In this document: positions 54,201-64,000 of the stretch, in pieces
How the letters are laid out: each line of letters starts with the position of its first letter
Position numbering within the stretch: the stretch's first letter is position 1
Source: Octopus sinensis
Lineage: Eukaryota
Length of the DNA: 64,000 nucleotides
Assembly: GCF_006345805.1 (NCBI RefSeq)
Contig: NC_043022.1
Span: 21,142,001-21,206,000, forward strand
Direction of reading: 5' to 3'
Notes under the pieces: generated by a model
Seen by the model: the letters and a program-made list of their open reading frames with translations, nothing else
The model's database searches: none
Told to the model about the DNA's origin: nothing
Position numbers and translations under genes: made by a program

Positions 54201-57200
54201 TAAAATATCAGCGTTAATGACTTGTTGGCATTAGTGTTTCGTTATGTAACCTTAATATACTACAAAATATGGACAAGTGAGACCATAACCTGTGGCCTCT
54301 ACCTGGGATGTAGCCAGCCTACTTATGCATACCTGTCCTTCTTGGGACACAAAACTCTGCTTGCGAAGACCTGTTGAGGCAAGTGAAATTGAAATCACTC
54401 AAAAATCAATGGAAATTGTAGTTGTGATACCAGTGCCGGTGGCATGTAAAAGAACCATCCGAACATAGCCAATACCAGCACCGCCTCGACTGGGCCTCCG
54501 TGGCACGTAAAAAGCACCAACCAATCATGGCCGTTGCCAGCCAGGCCTGGCACCTGTGCCGGTGGCACGTAAAAAGCACCCACTACACTCATGGAGTGGT
54601 TGGCGTTAGGAAGGGCATCCAGCTGTAGAAACATTGCCAGATAAGACTGGGCCTGGTGCAGCCTAGTGGCTTCCCAGACCCCAGTTGAACTGTCCAACCC
54701 ATGCCAGCATGGAAAGCGGACGCTAAACGATGATGATGATGATGATGAACCATTATGAACTACAAAGCATATTAAATGTTTTTATTTGTAAACTAGATGA
54801 CCCAGTGCTGTCAAAAATGATGGCTAATTGTAGTATTTTATATATAAATATTGAGTCAAGTACATCAACATCAAAATAAACATCAAATGGAAATTGTAGT
54901 TGTGATACCTGTGCCGGTGGCACATAAAAAGCACCATCTGAATGTGGCCGATGCCAGCGCCGCCTTGACTGGCTTCTGTGCCAGTGGCATGTAAAAAGCA
55001 CCATCTGAACGTGGCTGATGCCAGCACCACCTTGACTGGCTTCTGTGCTGGTGGCACGTAAAAAGCACCAACCAATCTCTATAACTGGACTGCTAAGTTA
55101 TGGAGCTGTAAGCATACCAACAGCAGTTATCAGGTAGTGATGGGAGACAAATGCAGACAGAAAGATACACATACACAGTGGGCTTCTTTCAGTTTCCTTC
55201 TACCAAATCCACTCACAAGGCTTTGGTTGGCCAGAGGCTATCGTAGGAGACACTTGCCCAAGGCTGCCATGCAATGAGACTGAACCTGGAGCCATGTGAT
55301 TAGAAAGCAAACTTCTTACCATACAGCCATGCTTCCACCTACACACATATTTATATAGGGAAGGGCATCCAGCCATAGAAACCATGCCACAACAAACTGA
55401 TGGAGTCTGGACAGGTCCCTGCTAGTGGTTGGCATTAGGAAGGGCATCCAGCCATAGAAACCATGCCACAACAAACTGATGGAGTCTGGACAGGTCCCTG
55501 CTAGTGGTTGGCATTAGGAAGGGCATCCAGCCATAGAAACCATTCCACAACAAACTGATGGAGTCTGGACAGGTCCCTGCTAGTGGTTGGCATTAGGAAG
55601 GGCATCCAGCCATAGAAACCATGCCACAACAAACTGATGGAGTCTGGACAGGTCCCTGCTAGTGGTTGGCATTAGGAAGGGCATCCAGCCATAGAAACCA
55701 TGCCACAACAAACTGATGGAGTCTGGACAGGTCCCTGCTAGTGGTTGGCATTAGGAAGGGCATCCAGCCATAGAAACCATGCCACAACAAACTGATGGAG
55801 TCTGGACAGGTCCCTGCTAGTGGTTGGCATTAGGAAGGGCATCCAGCCATAGAAACCATGCCACAACAAACTGATGGAGTCTGGACAGGTCCCTGCTAGT
55901 GGTTGGCATTAGGAAGGGCATCCAACCATAGAAACCATGCCACAACAAACTGATGGAGTCTGGACAGGTCCCTGCTAGTGGTTGGCATTAGGAAGGGCAT
56001 CCAGCCATAGAAACCATGCCACAACAAACTGATGGAGTCTGGACAGGTCCCTGCTAGCCAGCTCCATGTCAAACTGTCTTACCCATGCCAGCACGGAAAG
56101 CGGATGTTAGATGACATTGACGATATATGATGCATCTCATATTGGTACTTACCCATACAGATAGCCGTTCCTGTATCCTGACAGCCTGGCAGTATCATGT
56201 TGGCAGCAATGTTGGCATTCTTTAGCAACTCCAGGGCTACAAATTTGTCATTTTTTGAAGCTTCTGGATCCCTGAGAATATTTGATAATTGCTGAAAAAT
56301 TAGACAAAAAGAGACCAATAAATACCGGATCTTTTCGGTTTGAAAAGGCAGTTTTTAACATAATTTCTAGGTAACTAAAAAATTTTAAACTTCGTATACT
56401 GGTAGAATGTGTTTATAAAACATCTTTTTCTCTTGGCTTTATTGAGAAAATTCTATAGTTTGTAAGATATTTGTTGTTTTTTTTTTCTTCAATTTCTGCA
56501 ATTTCAACCAATCGATGACGTCTGTTGAGGTAAAAAACATTCCGTGCCGTATGAATATGTCCCTCGTTTAAGAAACAGATTGGGCTTATTTACATTTGTG
56601 AAGAAGAAGAAGAAGAAAAGAAGAAGAAGAAGAAGAAGAAGAAGAAGAAGAAAAGAAGAAGAAGAAGAAGAAGAAGAAGAAGAAGAAGAAGAAGAAGAAG
56701 AAGAAGAAGAAGAAGAAGAAGAAGAAGAAGAAGAAGAAGAAGAAGAAGAAGAAGAAGAAGAAGAAGAAGAAGAAGAAGAAGAAGAAGAAGAAGAAGAAGA
56801 TTTTGATTGTGTGGACCCCAAAAAGCTGATAAGGACCCTGGTTGAGAACTATTACAGCAGAAAAAAAAAAAGAACAAGAGACTGTAAAAATAGTTACCTG
56901 TAGATGACCTGGCCTCAGTAAGTGTTCAATGTCCACGATGGCCCTCTCTGCCAAAAGAGTCAGTGCTTGTGAATCAATTTGCAGTACCTTCTTACCGTTG
57001 ACGTTGACTGTTTCTACATAATCACCTGTACAGGTGAGAGTGGAAAAAAAACATTAGGAATATAATGACCTGGTCACGGCATGCCAGCATGTCTAGTTAA
57101 AAAAAGAAGCTATGTCCAACTACTTCGGACAAATTACTCAAAGTCTGAGAGTAAATAAAAAAAATATTCAATCCATAAATGTCAGTCCAACAAAATATAT

Positions 57201-57701
57201 ATTTGGTAGTTTCTGATGAGCCCTACATGAAAAAGAAAGTATAGTTTGTCTGACTAACAATTATGGTGTGGCTGTGTGGTAGGAAGTTTGCTTCTTAACC
57301 ATTCTTCCTCACAACAGTCAACATGAAATGGACACACACATATGCGTGCGTGCACGCATACATTCATGCATGCATCCATACATACGTGCACATATACATA
57401 CTTCGTACATACATATATACATGCATGCATACATACACACATACATACACGCATGTATGCATACATGCACATATACATACTTCGTACATACATATACATA
57501 CATACACACATACATACATGCATGCATACATGCACATATACATACTTCGTACATATATATACATACATACATATATACATGCATGCATGCATACATACAG
57601 ACACACATACATACTCACACACACATACATACACACACACACACACATACATACATACATACACACATACATACACACATACATATATACATGCATGCAT
57701 G

Positions 57702-57732
<31 letters not shown>

Positions 57733-59151
57733 ATATGAGGACGTGCTGAAAAGTTTCTGAAAGACCTGATTGGAGGCCCAAGCTTCCAAATTGTTTTACA
57801 GGGTTTAGAAAATCTGAAGGGCCACTGCAATAAATGTGAGAATCTGAGAGGGGAATATGTTGAATAAAATCCTAATTAGCTGATCCTCCTGTATTCTTTT
57901 TACCCAAAGCCAGGAACTTTGCAATATACCCTCGTATGTGTACATACCTATTTCTTTACTACCCACAAGGGCTAAATACAGAGGGGACAAACAAGGACAG
58001 ACATAGGTATTAAGTCGATTATATCGACCCCAGTGCGTAACTGGTTCTTAATTTATCGACCCCGAAAGGATGAAAGGCAAAGTCGACCTTGGCGGAATTT
58101 GAACTCGGAACGTAACGGCAGACGAAATACCGCTAAGCATTTCGCCCCGCGTGCTAACGTTTCTGCCAGCTTGCCGCCTTCAAAATACCCTCGTATGTGT
58201 ACATACCATCATCATCATCATCATTGTTTAATATCTGCTTTCCATGCTGGCATGGGCTGGACGGTTTCACTGAGGACTGGCAAGCCAGTAGGCTGTGCTA
58301 GGCTCCAATCTGATCTGGCAAGGTTTCTACAGCTGGATATCCTTCCTAATGCCAACCACTCCGAGAGTGTAGCAAGTGCTTTTTACGTGCCACCCGTATG
58401 AGGGCCATGCTTGAATGGTGCTTTTTACATTCCACCGGCACAGGAGCCAGTGAGGCAGCACTGGCAACGACCACACTTGAATGGTGTTTTTTATGTGCCA
58501 CCAGCACAGGAGCCAGTGAGGTGGGGCTTGCATCAACCATGCTCGAATGGTACTCTTTACGTGCCACTGGCATGGGTGCCAGTAAGGCAGTACTGGCATT
58601 GGCCACGACATTGATTTCATTTGACTCAACAGGTCTTCTCAAGCAGTTTATTGCCCAATGATTGAAGGGTACTCTTAAATGGGCCGGTTATGCTACACTA
58701 GCATAGGCCATGGTTACGGTCTCACTTGGCTTGCTTGGTCTTCTCATATCTCCAAAGGTCTTGTTTGCTTATCATCGCCTCCATGAGGCCCAACGTTCAA
58801 AGTTCGTGCTTCACCACCTCATACCAGGTCTGACCTAATGAGTTGGATAAAATAAACACTAGGGAAAGTACAGAGGTCAATAGAATAACTAAACCCCTCC
58901 TCGAAGACAGTGCTCCAGCATGGTTGCAGCCCAAGGAATGAAATTGGTAAAAGAAATACAAGAATAAAATGATACAAACCTGAAATTTTCTTCCATGGAA
59001 CCTCTGGTTTTGCTTCGAAGTCCATTATGTCTTGGAAGATGAAGGGTTTTGTAGTGGCTGCTTTTGCCAATGTCCGTTCTAAGTGTAGGAAGTGGCGGGC
59101 GGCAACGCATCTCCGGCCAAAGTGTGATAGCCATCGGGAACAGCACAACAT
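34168..59151 (-). CDS. fumA: Class I (Fe-S, FumA/FumB-like) fumarate hydratase, 12 coding exons, 574 aa, probably mitochondrial
   Basis: Spliced by hand: join(complement 58980-59151, 56898-57025, 56153-56291, 52875-52978, 52106-52312, 49776-49902, 44841-45031, 43546-43656, 42265-42471, 39168-39287, 36916-37033, 34168-34268) = 1725 nt, open, ending in TAA. All introns are GT-AG and phases match. Class I FH motifs: [131 protein letters not shown]. The symbol denotes homology to bacterial fumA/fumB. Confidence 0.96.
34343..34850. repeat. (GAGT)n/(GA)n microsatellite, FH intron 11
   Basis: Seen directly. Confidence 0.95.
36916..37033 (-). CDS. Class I FH exon 11 ([21 protein letters not shown]...YPEL)
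   Basis: gtcag acceptor, G|gtaagt donor. Confidence 0.95.
37233..38915. repeat. Minisatellite, ~88-bp unit x ~19, FH intron 10
   Basis: Unit atcattacatatgaagagagggaagttaatgtgggtggagcagtgacatggtcatctgacaggaggaggagagagagatagagagagt. Confidence 0.95.
39168..39287 (-). CDS. Class I FH exon 10 ([16 protein letters not shown]...AKGNRSRQ)
   Basis: catcag acceptor, CAG|gtcagt donor; GPTTAGRM motif. Confidence 0.95.
41460..42037. repeat. (TA)n/TATGCA degenerate microsatellite
   Basis: Seen directly. Confidence 0.95.
42265..42471 (-). CDS. Class I FH exon 9 (IDMNQPM...VARDIAHAK...[10 protein letters not shown])
   Basis: attag acceptor, GAG|gtaaaa donor; 69 codons. Confidence 0.95.
43301..43596. repeat. 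148-bp tandem duplication including the 3' half of FH exon 8 and its donor
   Basis: 43301-43448 vs 43449-43596; the copy encodes [17 protein letters not shown]|gtgtgt. Confidence 0.9.
43546..43656 (-). CDS. Class I FH exon 8 ([24 protein letters not shown]...VVQ)
   Basis: ccaag acceptor, CAG|gtgagt donor; 37 codons. Confidence 0.92.
44841..45031 (-). CDS. Class I FH exon 7 ([10 protein letters not shown]...[19 protein letters not shown]), third Fe-S Cys
   Basis: ctgcag acceptor, CAA|gtaaga donor. Confidence 0.95.
45052..45345. repeat. (TAA/TGA)n microsatellite
   Basis: Seen directly; abuts the exon 7 acceptor region and the LINE 5' end. Confidence 0.95.
45346..49123 (+). mobile_element. 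Near full-length, frameshifted R4/Dong-like non-LTR retrotransposon (RT + CCHC + restriction-like endonuclease) in FH intron 6
   Basis: 411-aa N-terminal ORF; RT motifs [29 protein letters not shown] and [11 protein letters not shown]; [14 protein letters not shown] knuckle; RDDRVG..LHW and a degenerate PD..D..K RLE; A-rich tail; (TAA)n on both sides. Confidence 0.88.
49776..49902 (-). CDS. Class I FH exon 6 ([22 protein letters not shown]...), second Fe-S Cys
   Basis: caaag acceptor, G|gttagt donor; not in the ORF track. Confidence 0.94.
50211..50344. mobile_element. Tc1/mariner-type MITE
   Basis: TIRs aggttgtcccaaaagtttg / cgaacttttgggacaacct in TA-rich flanks. Confidence 0.65.
50479..50870 (+). 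mobile_element. Short RTE-derived non-autonomous retroelement between 71-bp direct repeats
   Basis: ctatgccg...gtagggccacccaag resembles RTE/BovB 5' regions; caagtacaagtaagtac tail; flanks 50408-50478 and 50871-50941. Confidence 0.6.
52106..52312 (-). CDS. Class I FH exon 5 ([20 protein letters not shown]...AKGGGSANK...EKIK)
   Basis: ttccag acceptor, AAG|gtaaaa donor; 69 codons. Confidence 0.95.
52875..52978 (-). CDS. Class I FH exon 4 (GKKGQYVWT...NLRYSQ)
   Basis: tttag acceptor, CAG|gtaagc donor; NLRYSQ motif. Confidence 0.95.
53708..53990 (+). mobile_element. tRNA-derived SINE family E (related copies ~2836-3003, 4848-5133, 11940-12137, all minus)
   Basis: ggaggcacatggcctagtggttagagc...ggttcgaatctc head. 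Confidence 0.75.
55359..56057. repeat. Minisatellite, 79-bp unit x ~9, FH intron 3, derived from family D
   Basis: Unit ggaagggcatccagccatagaaaccatgccacaacaaactgatggagtctggacaggtccctgctagtggttggcatta. Confidence 0.95.
56153..56291 (-). CDS. Class I FH exon 3 ([12 protein letters not shown]...[13 protein letters not shown]), first Fe-S Cys
   Basis: tttcag acceptor, G|gtaagt donor; CQDTG motif. Confidence 0.95.
56327..56600. mobile_element. Truncated GGATC-MITE running into (GAA)n
   Basis: Matches 16839-17115, then turns into a GAA repeat. Confidence 0.8.
56600..56800. repeat. (GAA)n microsatellite
   Basis: About 200 bp of nearly pure GAA. Confidence 0.97.
56898..57025 (-). CDS. Class I FH exon 2 ([18 protein letters not shown]...LLRPGHLQ)
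   Basis: tacag acceptor, CAG|gtaact donor; resembles the FumA N-terminal region. Confidence 0.92.
57733..57936. mobile_element. Degenerate mariner-like MITE (related remnant at ~31405-31590)
   Basis: Ends tatgaggacgtgctgaaaagttt / ggaactttgcaatataccctcgta form imperfect TIRs with TA termini. Confidence 0.5.
57949..58180 (-). mobile_element. SINE family B copy with 23-bp TSD
   Basis: ggcaagctggcagaaacgttagc...gagttcaaattccgcc...gcctttcatcctttcggggtcgat; TSD ataccctcgtatgtgtacatacc at 57926-57948 and 58185-58207. Other copies ~22910-23322, 39428-40260, 42738-43020. Confidence 0.85.
58980..59151 (-). CDS. Class I FH coding exon 1 ([15 protein letters not shown]...VPWKKIS), putative mitochondrial presequence
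   Basis: ATG at 59151 directly after a ...ctctttag acceptor; donor G|gtttgt; Arg-rich, acid-poor N-terminus; phase 1 joins exon 2. Confidence 0.85.
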
Positions 59152-59169
59152 CTAAAGAGTGAGAGAGTG

Positions 59170-59291
59170 AGACAGACATATAGATAAATAGATAGATAGA
59201 CAGATAGATAGATAGATAAATATACAGATAGATAGATAGATAAATAAATAGATAGACAGATAGATAGACAGATAAATAGACAGACAGATAG

Positions 59292-59322
<31 letters not shown>

Positions 59323-59465
59323 GACAGACAGATAGATAGACAGACAGATAAATAGACAGATAGATAGATAAATAGATAGATAGACAGACAGATAGACAGA
59401 CAGACAGATAGATAGACAGACAGATAGACAGACAGACAGATAGATAGATACATACATACATACAG
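59170..59465. repeat. (TAGA/CAGA)n microsatellite just upstream of the FH start codon
   Basis: Seen directly. Confidence 0.95.
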
Positions 59466-60578
59466 TAGATAGAAAGTGAAGGTCTCGCATTTTTGCATCT
59501 TATTTATTTATTCGGCAAGGGGGCATTTAAGTAAACTGACCATGCAGAGGCTTCCACGTTAAGATTGAGTTATCAATGTCATTCAACCTCCGAAATGGTC
59601 ACACCTTGAGTCAAAAGGTATTCCAAACGTGACTCCCCCGCTTTTTTTCTTCTTCAATTTAGATATAGAGTATCCAACATGTCCTTCCTTTCTGTAACAC
59701 GGTAGGGTGCAAATTGTGGGAGATTTGATTACTAATGTAACCAAGTAGAAAGACTTAGAAATGATTCTGGCATACTTTACAAAAGTGAAACCTCATAACT
59801 TTCAGAAAAACGGTTATTTTGTATCTCTTTTACTCTTTCACTTGTTTCAGTCATTTGACTGCGGCCATGCTGGAGCACCGCCTTTTTTAATCGAGTAAGT
59901 CGACCCCAGGACTTATTCGTTGTAAGCCTAGTACTTATTCTATCAGTCACCTTTGTTGAACCGCTAAGTTACGGGGACGTAAACACACCAGCATCGGTTG
60001 TCAAGCAATGGTGGGGGGGACAAACACACATATATATATATATACATATATACAACGGGCTTCTTTCAGCTTCCATCTACCAAATACACTCACAAGGCTT
60101 TGGTCGTCCCGAGGCTATAGTAGAAGACACTTGCCCAAGGTGCCACGCAGTGGGAATGAACCTGGAACCATGTGGTTGGTAAGCAAGCTACTTACCACAC
60201 AGCCACCTACAAATACCTTTCAGATGAGATAGATTTACAATCATATCGGAATTTATTGTAGAAAAGAGAAATGGTGAGCGCGTACACATACACACTGACA
60301 GGCCTCACATATATATCTGCTAAATGAAATTTGAAAATTTGATAAAAATTGATGTACGTCAGTATAAATGTGTGAGTGATCACAAGTTTTATTATTTTTT
60401 TTTACATTAGATTCTGATATAATCGTAATCTATACTATCTGAAAGGTATTTGTTGAACATTTCAATAAAAAATATTCATTTTTGTTAAAGTTATGAGGAA
60501 ATAAAGTCAGAGGGTGGTAGCACTTGTGAAAGTATGTCGAGATTCTTTGCATCGTAATTATATTACAATGTAAAATAT

Positions 60579-62919
60579 GGATCTTTTCGGTTTGGACGGC
60601 AGTTTTTTCTAGCGGTATCATATAGGGTTAATATAGGGCGTAACAAATATCAGAAAATCAAAAAAAAAATGTGTGTAATAGGTGTAAAACAACTTCCTAT
60701 GAACGAATATGAAAAAAAAAATTCGCGCACGCGAAAGGGGGGTGGGGGAAAGGCCTCGGAAAATTCACATCGGGAAGTTCCGAAAGCGTCTGAGGAGCTG
60801 ACCCGGGCACCAAAACAAAAAAAAAATAGTGTAATATGTGTAAAACAACTTGCTCTAAACGAATATGACAAAAAAAAAATGCGCTCTCGCGAAAGAGGGG
60901 TGGGGGAGAGGCCTCGGAATATTTATATCGGGAATTTCCGAAAGCGTCTGAACCGGGCACAAAAACAAAAACAGCGTAATAGGTGTAAAACAACTTGCTC
61001 TAAACGACTATCATGAAAAAAATGCGCGCTCGCGAAAGGGGGGTGGGGGAGAGGCTTCGGAAATTTCACATCTTCAGTCCACGGCCTTTAAACTAAGAAA
61101 AAATAGTGTAATTGGTGTAAAACTACTTGTTCTAAACGAGTATCAAGAACACACACTCACACATGAATCATAACTCCGTATTTCGCAAAAAAAAAAAATA
61201 AAGAGAAGAGAAGAAATTCTGGAAAAAGTGAAGAAATGTTGGATCTCATTCCTTGGTTAAAGCTATTTTAAACATTAAATTTATGCTTTTCTTTGAAATA
61301 GTTCAGATATATGCAATTCTTCTCACTTATTAAGATGCATTTATCAGAAAAAAAGAGACAGAAAAAATTATTATTTTGTGTCAATCCTTCCCTAATTATC
61401 CTTTATTAATTAGTTTTGGCGTGTATTTTTTTCCCAAATTTATTTTTTCACCTTTACAACACTGTTTAGTAAAGCAATTAATTATCTTTATAATTTGCAT
61501 ATTTGACTTATTAATCAAAATTCTCTAGATGTAATATATACTAAGTAATGCATCCTTCATTTATGTGTTCCGTTCTGTATTATGCATGCGTGACTCTTTG
61601 TATGTAAGTGTGTTTAACTGTGCACATGAATGTGAATATTAAAGAACATATTTATTTACTATGATTGTTATTTTCAGAACAAATAAATCTTTTAGCTGTT
61701 ATGTTATTGATGTTATTATTATTGCTAGTTAAAGGGTGGTGACTTGGCTGAATATTTTGAGTCTTGTAGTATGTAGTTGTGTTAGTCAATATTCTGAGTT
61801 CAAATCCAACTCATTTCTTTATCATCATTATCGATGGACCACTCAAAGAGGTATGTATACATTATCATTTTCGTAACATAATTTCTGTAGTATTTCAAGA
61901 TGTTTCTGACACGTATTTTGATTCACATGGCGGAGATCCAACATTTCTTCACTTTTTCCAGAATTTCTTCTCTTTATTATTTTTTTTTGCGAAATACGGA
62001 GTTTATGATTCATGTGTGAGTGTGTGTTCTTGATACTCGTTTAGAACAAGTAGTTTTACACCAATTACACTATTTTTTCTTAGTTTAAAGGCCGTGGACT
62101 GAAGATGTGAAATTTCCGAAGCCTCTCCCCCACCCCCCTTTCGCGAGCGCGCATTTTTTTCATGATAGTCGATTAGAGCAAGTTGTTTTACACCTATTAC
62201 GCTGTTTTTGTTTTTGTGCCCGGTTCAGACGCTTTCGGAAATTCCCGATATAAATATTCCGAGGCCTCTCCCCCACCCCTCTTTCTCGAGAGCGCATTTT
62301 TTTTTTGTCATATTCGTTTAGAGCAAGTTGTTTTACACATATTACACTATTTTTTTTTTTGTTTTGGTGCCCGGGTCAGCTCCTCAGACGCTTTCGGAAC
62401 TTCCCGATGTGAATTTTCCGAGGCCTCTCCCCCACCCCCCTTTCGCGTGCGCGAATTTTTTTTTTCATATTCGTTCATAGGAAGTTGTTTTACACCTATT
62501 ACACACATTTTTTTTTTGATTTTCTGATATTTGTTACGCCCTATATTAACCAACTTGTCACCCATAATTATGACCCTAGTATCGATCTATTGCATTTCAA
62601 TTTGTTTTAGGGTTAGGGTTACGGTTAAGGGAAGGGTATCTTTTTTTTCTTCACAAATGTAAATAAACCCAATCTGTTTCTTAAACGAGGGACGTATTCA
62701 TACGGCACAGAATTTTACCTCAATAGACGTCAGTGGTCGGTTGAAATTGCAGAAATTGAAGAAAAAGAATAACAAATATCTTACAAACCATAGAATTTTC
62801 TCGATAAAGCCAAGAGAAAAAGATGTTTTATAAACGCATTCTACCAGTATACGAAGTTTAAAAGTGTTTAGTTACGTGGAAATTATTTTAAAAAACTGCC
62901 GTTCAAACCGAAAAGATCC
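60579..62919. mobile_element. GGATC-MITE copy (opposite orientation) interrupted by a 1.9-kb foldback
   Basis: Same TIRs; flanked by direct repeat caatgtaaaatat (60566-60578, 62920-62932). Confidence 0.8.
60626..62551. mobile_element. Foldback element with ~620-bp inverted arms and non-coding AT-rich spacer
   Basis: 60626-61247 is the near-perfect reverse complement of 61933-62551; arms are built from sub-repeats (gggggtgggggagaggcctcggaa..., gtgtaaaacaactt). Confidence 0.9.
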
Positions 62920-63882
62920 CAATGTAAAATATAAACTATGTAAACAAACAAAACGAACGGACGAAATATACCTTTTAAAGAAATCAATTATTACTTTTCT
63001 TAATCGTTTTTTACAACGCAATACTACTAAGAAATATTCAACCTTAAATAACAAGATGACCTTTAGGCGGATTCTCACCCGGGTGGTTGATTAAGATAGC
63101 TAGACACAGTTAACTCTCTTTCTCTCTGTATCACACAGTTTAATGACATACCCTCTTACTCTGGTGTATGCATTAGTGTAATGTAATAGTCCTAATAGTT
63201 ATTATTACACAATACTTGCAGGTAACAATCTTATATACTTCTGTTACATAATAATTCCATTAATATCTTGAATGCCTTTCACAGGAATATGGTAACCTTT
63301 CATATTCATTATATCCCTTCCTTCTCTCTACTACTAGGGAATAAACCCCCCTTGATGGCCAAATTGCCCTCGAATTACGGCCACATCGACTTAAGGAAAA
63401 ATATTGCATTAATAAAATGTAATCCTAGATATACCCTAAATAAGACAGGATGGTCATAACTGGAAATGCTTTTGATCATATACAGGCCAGCATGACCAGA
63501 GTTGACCTGGGGCTAAATACTATCACCATCTCCAACAGCAACGACAGTGACCCTTCGATTGCCAGTCCTTAAGTTCAAGAATTCGCAGATGTTTGACCTT
63601 TGTTTTAAAAAAAATTTTTGAGGACAGATAGCAAAAACAACAATAACAACAATAAACAAAGAATAACAAATAAACACCACTTGCCTTCTTAATGTGTGTA
63701 CTGCAAGTAGGCGGACACGCTACTTGAAACCAAGATCACACAGTCCGCAGCTGAGTTATGGTGAGAGGATGTGGGAAGGTAAGCACATGTGGGGGAGAAG
63801 CACCAAATAATAAGATTTGTCTGCAGAAGCAAATTTTTTCTACCACTACATCAATAGATTATAATTTACGAATTGAAAACGC

Positions 63883-64000
63883 GGATCTTTTCGGTTTGAA
63901 CGGCAGTTTTTTTCTAGCGGTGTCATATGAAATTGTCACCCATAATTATGACCCTAGAATCGATCTATTGCATTTCAATCTGTTTTAGGGTTAGGGTTAG
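63883..64000. mobile_element. GGATC-MITE, cut by window end, with (TTAGGG)n
   Basis: Same TIR; reverse complement of 17127-17244. Confidence 0.8.

Noticed and set aside
34168-59151. Bacterial contamination or recent HGT as the source of the fumA-like sequence
   Set aside because: Eleven spliceosomal introns filled with host repeats and a presequence exon.
63985-64000. True chromosome telomere at the window end
   Set aside because: The TTAGGG units lie at their usual internal position in the GGATC-MITE.

Overview
Repeat-dense, AT-rich animal genomic DNA. The tRNA-derived SINE families and microsatellite load suggest an octopus or other cephalopod (inference). One host gene can be fully reconstructed by hand: a 12-coding-exon, minus-strand class I (FumA/FumB-type, [4Fe-4S]) fumarate hydratase. 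Its CDS spans 59151->34168 (1725 nt, 574 aa); all introns are GT-AG with consistent phases, and it has a mitochondrial-type presequence. This is notable because the textbook animal fumarase is the unrelated class II enzyme. The rest is mobile or repetitive DNA: a near full-length R4/Dong-like RLE LINE inside a (TAA)n tract in intron 6; decayed Tx1/L1, RTE, CRE and mariner fragments; several SINE families; non-autonomous Helitron-like elements; GG-terminated MITEs carrying TTAGGG repeats; a 1.9-kb foldback; and minisatellites. Most ORFs in the supplied track are artefacts of SINEs and microsatellites. Repeat boundaries were read by eye and are approximate.
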